Positions 18,733-25,576 of a stretch of DNA of 32,305 bases are shown here, in pieces (position 1 is the stretch's first letter; each line of letters starts with the position of its first letter). Made by a program: the position numbers and the translations under genes. The notes beneath the pieces are model-generated. The model did not search any database. It had not been told where the DNA came from and saw nothing but the letters and a program-made list of their open reading frames with translations. The DNA lies in the NCBI GenBank assembly GCA_044866005.1, contig JBIOTN010000126.1, positions 1 to 32,305 on the forward strand. Reading direction: 5' to 3'. The DNA is from Candidatus Rokuibacteriota bacterium. Its GTDB lineage: Bacteria > Methylomirabilota > Methylomirabilia > Rokubacteriales > DASRDR01.

Positions 18733-18780
18733 GTCACGCTCGGAGGGGGCCTGCCTTCCCCGGCCGCAAGGGCGATTCCC

Positions 18781-18816
18781 GAAAAGCGCAGGAGGCCCCG
18801 ATCGCGCGGGGCCTCC
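18781..18816 (-). terminator. Terminator-like hairpin after micro-ORF
   Basis: Perfect 10 bp stem GGAGGCCCCG/CGGGGCCTCC, 6 nt loop, then TGCGCTTTTC on minus strand (imperfect U tract). Confidence 0.55.
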
Positions 18817-18838
18817 GAGGTGATCGCGCTGCCGGGCG

Positions 18839-18877
18839 CTACTTCCGCTTCTTCCCGGCCTTCTTCTTCTTCGCCAC
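18839..18877 (-). CDS. Putative 12-aa lysine-rich micropeptide MAKKKKAGKKRK
   Basis: GTG start preceded by GGGAGGGGGTGA SD at 7 nt, dedicated promoter upstream and hairpin downstream. Confidence 0.6.
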   Translation of the reverse strand: MAKKKKAGKKRK

Positions 18878-18950
18878 TCGCCTCTCACCCCCTCCCGGCT
18901 CCGGACGTCGGGGCGGCACCGTCGGGCCGCGCCCCGCGCTGCTGGGCGCG

Positions 18951-18979
18951 ACGTTAGGGCAGGGCCAGGACCGTGTCAA
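18951..18979 (-). promoter_or_regulatory. Sigma70 promoter for micropeptide/EamA transcript
   Basis: TTGACA (18979-18974)-17 bp-TAACGT (18956-18951). Confidence 0.75.
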
Positions 18980-19018
18980 GGGAAAAATCCCAGGGGCTGC
19001 GGAGAACCGTCCGATGGA

Positions 19019-19034
19019 GCCCCATATGTTGTGG
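19019..19034. promoter_or_regulatory. NrdR-box-like operator
   Basis: GCCCCATATGTTGTGG versus consensus acaCwAtATaTwGtgt; single copy. Confidence 0.45.
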
Positions 19035-19070
19035 TCGGTGGGAGGGCGCCCCGGGGCCGCGGCGCCAACG

Positions 19071-19099
19071 TTGACAGGCCGGGGGTCGGGTGCTAGGGT
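19071..19099 (+). promoter_or_regulatory. Sigma70 promoter with extended -10 for radical SAM transcript
   Basis: TTGACA-17 bp-TAGGGT preceded by TGc. Confidence 0.78.
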
Positions 19100-19155
19100 G
19101 TGGCGCACGCCCACGAAATCCGCCGCACTCGCATCGCGTTCCATCGGAGGTCGGG

Positions 19156-19212
19156 ATGAACTGGCAGCTCGGCACGATCGTCCACGTGGCGCTCCGAGGC
19201 TCCGGGAGATGA
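19156..19212 (+). CDS. Putative 18-aa upstream peptide MNWQLGTIVHVALRGSGR
   Basis: GGAGG at 19146-19150, ATG 19156, TGA ends 4 nt before radical SAM ATG. Confidence 0.4.
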   Translation: MNWQLGTIVHVALRGSGR

Positions 19213-19216
19213 GGCG

Positions 19217-21301
19217 ATGAAGATCCTGTTCGTTAACCCTCGCTTCCCCAAGTCGCTGTGGAGCTTCCAGGGGATCGCCGACCTGGTCGGCGTTCGCTCG
19301 GGACAGGCGCCCCTCGGGCTCGCGACGGTGGCGGCGATGACCCCGCCGGAGATCGAGGTCGCGTTGCAGGACGAGAACTGCTACCCCGTCGATCTGGAGA
19401 CCGACGCCGACGTGGTGGCCATCGGCTGCTGGAACGTCCAGTATCGCCGCGCGCGGGAGCTCGCCGCCGAGTTCCGGCGGCGAGGCAAGCTGGTGGCGGT
19501 GGGCGGCCCCTACCCGACGCTCTGTCCCGAGCGGTTCAAGGACGGCGTCTTCGACGTCGTGTTCGACGGCGAGGTGGAGATCACCTGGCCGCAGTTCTGC
19601 CGCGACCTGATGGCGGGCTCGCCGAGCCCCCTCTACAAGCAGCCGGGCAACGTGGACGTCCGGCTCTCCCCGGTGCCGCGCTTCGACCTGATCCGGAAAG
19701 GGGACTACCTCTACTACTTCGTCCAGACGACCCGGGGCTGCCCGTTCCAGTGCGAGTTCTGCGACATCATCATCACGGACGGGCGGGTGCCCCGGACCAA
19801 GTCGGTCGAGCAGGTCCTGGCCGAGATCGAGACCATCGCCAAGCTGGGCGGCCGGTACGTGAGCTTTTCCGACGCGAACTTCATCGGCAACATGCGGTAC
19901 GCCGAGGAGCTTCTGCGCGCCCTCATCGTGTTCGGGCGCGCCAACGGCTTTCCCATCAGCTTCTCCGCCGAGATGACCATCACGGTGGCGGAGAAGCCGC
20001 AGCTTCTCGAGCTGTTCAGCCAGGCCAACTTCACCGGCATCTTCGTCGGGATCGAGTCGCCGCGCATCGACAGCCTGATGGAGACGAAGAAGAAGCAGAA
20101 CGTCCACAAGCCCCTCATCGACAGCGTGCGGAAGATCCAGTCCTACAACATCGTCGTGGTGGCCGGCATGATCGTGGGCTTCGACCACGACGACGTCCGG
20201 ATCTTCCAGGAGCAGTTCGATTTCCTGCAGGCCGCCGGCATCCCCTTCACGACGTGCGGCGTCCTCACCGCGATCGAGAAGACGCCCCTCTACGCGCGCC
20301 TGGAGAAGGAGGGACGCCTCCTCCCATACGACTCGGCCTCGGTCCTGGGCCACGGCAGCGCCGATCTCAACTTCCTGCCGCAGAAGATGACCGTGGCCGA
20401 GGTGCACGAAGGGTACAACTGGCTGATTCGCGCGCTCTACAGCTACGACAACTACCGGGCGCGACTGGTGCGGGCCCTCCAGCAGTTCCAGGCCCGCCCC
20501 GACGTGCCCCGGCCGGCTCTCGGCCGGTTGGATCGGCACCACGTCCGCGCCGCCCTGAACGTCATCCGGTACTTCGTCTTGACCTCGTCGCGCACGCGGC
20601 GCCAGTTCTTCTTCCGGACCCTGCGGGAGGCCCTGGCGACCAGGCCGTCGCTGGAGAAGCTCGTCGCGGCCGTCTCGTACATGATCGCGCACAAGCACTT
20701 CCACGAATACGTCGGGAGCGCCCACGGCGACCCCGAGGCGATCGCGCCGGCCTCCCCCTTTGCGGACCCCACGCGCGAGGCCGACTGGTGGACGGAGGAG
20801 TTCAACAACGAGCGCGTGGAGAGCCTCAAGCGGGAGCTCCACGCCGGGCTGCGCGGGCTGGTCTTCTGGCGGCGGCCGCGCCGGGCGGTGGCGGTCCCCG
20901 AGGCCTTCCTCTCGGAGAAGGTCGGGGAGTGTCTCCGCCGGTACCTGATCGAGCTCGGCGTCGAGGTGGTCCCGGTCGCGACGGCGGCCCTGTCGCGGCT
21001 GCGGGACCGGGTGGACCTCCTCGTCCTCCCCATCCTGGGCTCGGTCCGCAAAGGACGCGAAGAGCTCCACCAGGTCGTGCAGCAACTACAGGAACGGGTC
21101 CAGCTCGATCTCGACCGGTTGCCGAAGGTCGTCCATCTGTCCCTGGACGGCGACCAGAAAGCGGTGTTCGACGCGTTCGCCCGCATCGGGCTCACCTTCA
21201 CCCGCCGGATCGAACGGCTGCGGCGGGCCTACATGAACGCCGTCGAGGCCGTCAGGGTGCCCTCGAGCCAGGCGGCGAAAGGGGCGTTCGGCACATCGTA
21301 G
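19217..21301 (+). CDS. B12-binding radical SAM protein (DUF4070-type) with extra C-terminal domain
   Basis: PLGLATVAA, VGGPYPT (B12-binding region), TRGCPFQCEFC, FVGIES, GMIVGFDHD. Confidence 0.92.
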   Translation: MKILFVNPRFPKSLWSFQGIADLVGVRSGQAPLGLATVAAMTPPEIEVALQDENCYPVDLETDADVVAIGCWNVQYRRARELAAEFRRRGKLVAVGGPYPTLCPERFKDGVFDVVFDGEVEITWPQFCRDLMAGSPSPLYKQPGNVDVRLSPVPRFDLIRKGDYLYYFVQTTRGCPFQCEFCDIIITDGRVPRTKSVEQVLAEIETIAKLGGRYVSFSDANFIGNMRYAEELLRALIVFGRANGFPISFSAEMTITVAEKPQLLELFSQANFTGIFVGIESPRIDSLMETKKKQNVHKPLIDSVRKIQSYNIVVVAGMIVGFDHDDVRIFQEQFDFLQAAGIPFTTCGVLTAIEKTPLYARLEKEGRLLPYDSASVLGHGSADLNFLPQKMTVAEVHEGYNWLIRALYSYDNYRARLVRALQQFQARPDVPRPALGRLDRHHVRAALNVIRYFVLTSSRTRRQFFFRTLREALATRPSLEKLVAAVSYMIAHKHFHEYVGSAHGDPEAIAPASPFADPTREADWWTEEFNNERVESLKRELHAGLRGLVFWRRPRRAVAVPEAFLSEKVGECLRRYLIELGVEVVPVATAALSRLRDRVDLLVLPILGSVRKGREELHQVVQQLQERVQLDLDRLPKVVHLSLDGDQKAVFDAFARIGLTFTRRIERLRRAYMNAVEAVRVPSSQAAKGAFGTS

Positions 21302-21374
21302 CGCGGCCGTGCGGCGGCGGGCTCGGGCGGGCGAGTCGGTCGGGGTCCGGGTCTCTCCGGGGCGAGGCGCCGGG

Positions 21375-22022
21375 TCAGAGCGAGCGCGAGGCGAACTCCG
21401 TGTTGAGCGGCGTCCCCTGGCGGCAGAGCGGGCACATCTTCGGGTCATAGGTCGGAAAGTCCCGCCGCACCAGGCTGAAGACCGGCCTCGGCAGGTCCAC
21501 CTTCGAGTTCCGCTGCCAGAGACAGCCGATCCCCACCACGTTCCCGCCCTTCTGCTCGACCAGGCGGGTCAGGAGCTTGAGCGTCTCGCCGGTCGTGATG
21601 AGGTCCTCGACGATCAGCACCTTGGTGCCACGCGTGATGAAGCGCGCGAACTCCTCGGGCAGGTGAACGCGCCGCTGCGGACCCGACACGCCCTTGGTGG
21701 CGTAGACGAGAATGGGGCGGGCGGGCATGGCGCGGGCGACGCAGTGGGCGAGGATCAGCGCGCCGAGCCCGGTCGAGAGGACGACGTCGGTCGGCCACTG
21801 GCCGAAGTGCTTCGCGATCACCGCGCCGAGGCCTTCCGTGAACGACGGCTCCGTCGTCACGAGCGTCTTGTCGATGAACTCGGGCGCGTGGTGTCCGGAG
21901 GGGAGGAGGAAGTGATCGTTCGCCCGGTAGGCTCCCGTGCGGCGCAGGATCTCGAGGTGGATCCGCTCCCGGACGTCGGCGTCGACGTTGACCGGCCGGG
22001 CCGAGTGCCGCTCCTCCGCCAT
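21375..22022 (-). CDS. Type I phosphoribosyltransferase, orotate PRTase (PyrE)-like, divergent
   Basis: HFLLPSGHH, VLIVEDLITTGET PRPP loop, C-terminal CPLC. Confidence 0.8.
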   Translation of the reverse strand: MAEERHSARPVNVDADVRERIHLEILRRTGAYRANDHFLLPSGHHAPEFIDKTLVTTEPSFTEGLGAVIAKHFGQWPTDVVLSTGLGALILAHCVARAMPARPILVYATKGVSGPQRRVHLPEEFARFITRGTKVLIVEDLITTGETLKLLTRLVEQKGGNVVGIGCLWQRNSKVDLPRPVFSLVRRDFPTYDPKMCPLCRQGTPLNTEFASRSL

Positions 22023-22265
22023 CTAGGTCCCTCGGAGGGGGCCGCGCCGGCCCCTTCCGATGCGATCGCGCGCCGCCGAGAGGGGCGGACGCCGCCGGGC
22101 CTCGCGCACGACCAAGGGCTCGTGGCACGCCGGGCAGACCTCGCGTCCGTCCTTCTCCGGGACCTCGCGCGGCATGAGGTGCTCGTCGCAGCGCTCGCAC
22201 AGCGGGTTGTTGCAGAACCGGACGAGAGCGCGGGTGCGGGAGGAGAGCGGCGCAGCGTCCGTCAC
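22023..22265 (-). CDS. Small Cys-rich (zinc-ribbon-like) protein
   Basis: FCNNPLCERCDEH...VCPACHEPL; stop abuts the PRTase ATG. Confidence 0.65.
   Translation of the reverse strand: MTDAAPLSSRTRALVRFCNNPLCERCDEHLMPREVPEKDGREVCPACHEPLVVREARRRPPLSAARDRIGRGRRGPLRGT
22032..22060 (+). repeat. Hairpin-1 repeat copy inside 3' end of Zn-finger gene
   Basis: TCGGAGGGGGCC-GCGCC-GGCCCCTTCCGA. Confidence 0.7.
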
Positions 22266-22457
22266 GCTGGCCGACCTCGGAGGGGGCCTCGACGGCGCCC
22301 TCCGATGCCTCCCCCCGGATCGTCGCGCCGGCCAAGCCGGCGCCCGGAGCGGACCACTGCGAGCGTCGCGGTCGTGCGGACGCCCGGCGCGCGGGGGTCG
22401 GCGGAGACGAGGGTGCGGGCCCGGGAGGACAGCGGCGCAGTGTCCGGCACGCTGGCC
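22221..22457. repeat. 52 bp diverged direct repeats (22221-22272, 22406-22457) flanking a two-hairpin element (22277-22357)
   Basis: 45/52 identical by manual alignment; element TCGGAGGGGGCC-TCGAC-GGCGCCCTCCGA ... GCGCCGGC-CAA-GCCGGCGC. Confidence 0.85.
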
Positions 22458-22459
22458 CT

Positions 22460-22488
22460 ATCGTGGCGCGCGTGGCGTCGATTGTCAA
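22460..22488 (-). promoter_or_regulatory. Sigma70 promoter for Zn-finger/PRTase transcript
   Basis: TTGACA (22488-22483)-17 bp-CACGAT (22465-22460). Confidence 0.6.
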
Positions 22489-22513
22489 CCGCGGCCCCGC
22501 GCCCGACCGTTGC

Positions 22514-22543
22514 TTGACGCCCCTTCGCGCGGGCAGATAGACT
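22514..22543 (+). promoter_or_regulatory. Sigma70 promoter of tsaB (leaderless geometry)
   Basis: TTGACG-18 bp-TAGACT, 7 nt before GTG start. Confidence 0.65.
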
Positions 22544-22550
22544 GGGCGCG

Positions 22551-23267
22551 GTGAAGCTCTTGGCCGTGGAGACCTCCACGCTGACCGGGGCCGTCGCGCT
22601 CCTCGACGGGGACACCGTCGTCGCGGAGTGCCGGCTGAACATCGCGGTCACCCACTCCGAGCGACTGCTGGCGGCCGTGGACCACACCCTGGGCGCCGCC
22701 CGGTGGACGCTCGGCGACGTCGAGGGACTGGTGGTGGCGGTGGGACCGGGCTCCTTCACCGGGCTCCGCATCGGGGTGAGCACGGTGAAGAGCCTCGCGT
22801 TCGCGACCGGCACTCCGCTGATCGGCGTCCCCACGCTCGACGCGCTCGCCTGGACGCTCCCGTTCGCGGCCCACCCGGTCTGCCCGATCCTGGACGCGAA
22901 GAAGGACGAGGTCTACGCGGCGCTCTACCGCACCGAGGCCGGCTGGCTCGAGCGGCTCACCGAGTACCGGGCGCTGGCGCCCGAGACGCTGGCCGCCGAG
23001 CTCACCCAGGAGCGCCGGGGACCGGTCATCTTCCTCGGCGACGGCGTGGCGCCCTTCGCGCCGATCCTGACGCGCATCCTGGGGCGGGACGCGCGCTTCG
23101 CGCCGCCCGGCTGCTGGCTGCCGTCGGCCGCGACGCTCGGGGAGCTCGGGCGGCGGGCGCTCACGCGCGGCGAGCGCGCGGACCCGGCCGCCCTGGTCCC
23201 GCTCTACGTGCGGCGCTCGGAGGCCGAGCTCGGCCGGGAGCGGCAGCGTGCCGGCCGCTCGCATTAG
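22551..23267 (+). CDS. tsaB: tRNA threonylcarbamoyladenosine biosynthesis protein TsaB
   Basis: LLAVETST, HSERL, GPGSFTGLRIG, DAKKDEVY, PLYVR. Confidence 0.97.
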   Translation: MKLLAVETSTLTGAVALLDGDTVVAECRLNIAVTHSERLLAAVDHTLGAARWTLGDVEGLVVAVGPGSFTGLRIGVSTVKSLAFATGTPLIGVPTLDALAWTLPFAAHPVCPILDAKKDEVYAALYRTEAGWLERLTEYRALAPETLAAELTQERRGPVIFLGDGVAPFAPILTRILGRDARFAPPGCWLPSAATLGELGRRALTRGERADPAALVPLYVRRSEAELGRERQRAGRSH

Positions 23268-23811
23268 CCCGATGCGCGTGGAGGACCTCGACGAGGTCCT
23301 CGCGATCGAGCGGCTGTCCTTCCCGCACCCGTGGTCGCGCCAGGCCTTCCTCTACGAGCTCCGCGACAACCGGGTGGCGCGGCTCTGGGTCGCCCGGCCG
23401 GCTCACGACGGGCCCGCGCCGATCATCGGGTACCTCTGCCTCTGGTTCATCGCCGACGAGGTCCACGTCACGAACTTCGCGGTTCACCCGAGCCACCGCC
23501 ACCAGGGCTTCGGCCGCGAGCTCATGAGCACGGTGCTCGAGCTCTACCGGCTGGAGGGCGCCACGCGGGCCGCCCTCGAGGTCCGGCCGAGCAACCACGG
23601 AGCGCGGCGGCTCTACGAGGGCTTTGGCTTCCGGGAGATCGGCCGCCGCAAGGGGTATTACTTCGACACCGGCGAGGACGCCCTCGTCATGGAGGCAGAC
23701 CTCGTGCCGTGGGCGCGCGAGAGCCCGGACGCCCACGGCCCCCAAGGTCGAGGCGCCGACCCGGCGACGGGGCCGCTGCGCCGGCCGGGCGGGAACTCGC
23801 GCGCCGGCTGA
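23248..23811 (+). CDS. rimI: Ribosomal protein S18-alanine N-acetyltransferase
   Basis: IERLSFPHPWS, LEVRPSN, RKGYY, EDALVM; follows tsaB; start GTG 23248 or ATG 23272. Confidence 0.93.
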   Translation: MPAARISPMRVEDLDEVLAIERLSFPHPWSRQAFLYELRDNRVARLWVARPAHDGPAPIIGYLCLWFIADEVHVTNFAVHPSHRHQGFGRELMSTVLELYRLEGATRAALEVRPSNHGARRLYEGFGFREIGRRKGYYFDTGEDALVMEADLVPWARESPDAHGPQGRGADPATGPLRRPGGNSRAG

Positions 23812-23944
23812 GGCGTTTCCCGTGCAGAACCCTGGTCGCTCGGCGGCGGGTCGGCCAGGTCGGCCCGCGTCGCCGGCGCCCTCCACCGGGCGCGCCCGGC
23901 CGCGACGCCCGACCCGGGCCTGGAGCCCGACCCGCCGGTTCACC

Positions 23945-24829
23945 GTGTGGCGCATCCTGTTCCCGCTCGTGGGCCTGGCGCCCTTGCTCCTTCCCGGCCT
24001 CGCCGTCGGGCAGGGGGGCCCCGCCGCTGACCTCGTGGCCCGCGGGAAGTACGTCTTCGGGGCGGCGGGGGGCTGCGGCTGTCACACCGAGCCGGGCAAG
24101 ACGCTGAACGCGGGCGGCCGCCGCTACGACGGACCCTTCGGCAGCGTCTTCTCGTCGAACATCACGCCCGACCGCGAGACGGGGATCGGCAACTGGACCG
24201 ACGACCAGATCGTCACCGCCATCCGCCTGGGGCGACGCCCGAACGGCGAACGGCTCGTCCCGGTCCACCCCTATCCCGTCTTCAACGGGATGGCGGAGGT
24301 CGATCTCCGGGCCCTCGTGGCCTACCTGCGCAGCGTGCCGCCGGTGAATCGCCCGAACCAGCCCAAGAAGATCGCGGTCCCGCTCTTCGAGAGCGTGTTC
24401 CTGCCGGCCTGGCTGGCGGCCTTCGCGGCCCGCGAGTCCCCGCCGCCCGTCGCGCCGACCTCGGGGGTGGCGCGGGGCGAGTATCTGGTGCGCGCGGTGG
24501 GTCACTGCGGGGAGTGCCACACCCCGCGTGGCAGGACGTACGCGCCCGACAACGCGCGGTTCCTCGCGGGGTCGCCGCAGGGCCCCGACGGCGACCCCGT
24601 GCCCAACATCACGCCCGACAAGGACACCGGCCTCACCTGGTCGGAGGAGGAGATCGCCGAGTTCCTCGGGACGGGGAACAAGCCCGACGGGGACGTCGCG
24701 GCCGGCCTGATGGACGAGGTGATCCAGGGGTCCTCGGCCGGGTTCAAGGACCTGACGAAGGACGACCGGCTGGCGATCGCCCGGTACCTCAAGACCTTGC
24801 CCCCGGTAAAGCACAAGGTGAGTCAGTGA
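23945..24829 (+). CDS. Periplasmic diheme cytochrome c (first site CxCH, second CxxCH)
   Basis: Signal peptide from GTG 23945; RGKY...CGCH, SNITPDRETGIGNW, RGEYL...CGECH, PNITP. Confidence 0.88.
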   Translation: MWRILFPLVGLAPLLLPGLAVGQGGPAADLVARGKYVFGAAGGCGCHTEPGKTLNAGGRRYDGPFGSVFSSNITPDRETGIGNWTDDQIVTAIRLGRRPNGERLVPVHPYPVFNGMAEVDLRALVAYLRSVPPVNRPNQPKKIAVPLFESVFLPAWLAAFAARESPPPVAPTSGVARGEYLVRAVGHCGECHTPRGRTYAPDNARFLAGSPQGPDGDPVPNITPDKDTGLTWSEEEIAEFLGTGNKPDGDVAAGLMDEVIQGSSAGFKDLTKDDRLAIARYLKTLPPVKHKVSQ

Positions 24830-24887
24830 GGCGGCAACCCCCAGCCCGGACCGGCGACGGCGACGTCCCGGTCCTCACGGAGGAGAG

Positions 24888-25370
24888 ATGAACCGAGGCA
24901 TGCTGCGCATCGGCATCATCGGCCCGAGCCTCACCGCGCTCGTGGTCGTCGGCTGTGCCATGGGTCAATCCAAGATGACCTCCAAGGTCGGTTCGGGCGA
25001 CGTGGTCGCGGACCGGCAGCGGCTCATGAAGCTGAACGGCGCGAGCTGGGCGGACATCCAGAACAAGGCCAAGGCCGGCCAGATCGAGGCGATCGCGGTG
25101 AACGCGGAGACCATCGCGATGAACGCCCAGCACATCCCGTTGCTCTTCCCCGAAGGCTCCCGCACGGAGAAGTCGAACGCCAAGCCGGAGATCTGGCAGC
25201 GCTGGTCGGAGTTCCAGGGCAAGGCGAAGAACCTCGAGACCTGGGCGGTGCGGCTCCGCGACACGGCGCGGGCGAAGGACGAGGCCGGCACGCAGGCCAT
25301 CGTCAAGGATTTCGGCCGCGAGACCTGCGGCGCCTGTCACACGCCGTTCCGGGTGCCGCCCCGGACCTGA
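24888..25370 (+). CDS. Cytochrome c' / c556 (class II), probably lipid-anchored
   Basis: VVGC lipobox, RQRLM, LFPEGS, AKPEIW, C-terminal CGACH; SD GGAGGAG. Confidence 0.92.
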   Translation: MNRGMLRIGIIGPSLTALVVVGCAMGQSKMTSKVGSGDVVADRQRLMKLNGASWADIQNKAKAGQIEAIAVNAETIAMNAQHIPLLFPEGSRTEKSNAKPEIWQRWSEFQGKAKNLETWAVRLRDTARAKDEAGTQAIVKDFGRETCGACHTPFRVPPRT

Positions 25371-25393
25371 CCCCGGCAACCTCCGGCACGCCA

Positions 25394-25425
25394 GAAAGGG
25401 CGCCACGCGGCGCCCTTTCCCTTTC
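25394..25425 (+). terminator. Intrinsic terminator after cytochrome pair
   Basis: GAAAGGGCGCC-ACGC-GGCGCCCTTTC followed by a pyrimidine-rich run. Confidence 0.65.
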
Positions 25426-25446
25426 CGCTTCCCGGCGACGGAAAGC

Positions 25447-25476
25447 GTGACGGCGGCCGGGCCGCCCTGCTACGCT
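25447..25476 (+). promoter_or_regulatory. Possible sigma70 promoter (extended -10)
   Basis: GTGACG-18 bp-TACGCT with TGc. Confidence 0.4.
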
Positions 25477-25576
25477 ACGCTCGCGGGAGCCGGCCCGGCG
25501 GCGCCTCGGGTCCGCGGCCCGGCAGCGGGCGCCGGCCGCGGCCCGCGGGGATCCCGGCGACGGAGGTGTCGGTGAG

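Noticed and set aside
23811..23826. GG-N10-GC motif upstream of the cytochrome genes
   Set aside because: AGGCGTTTCCCGTGCA matches the sigma54 consensus poorly outside the dinucleotides.
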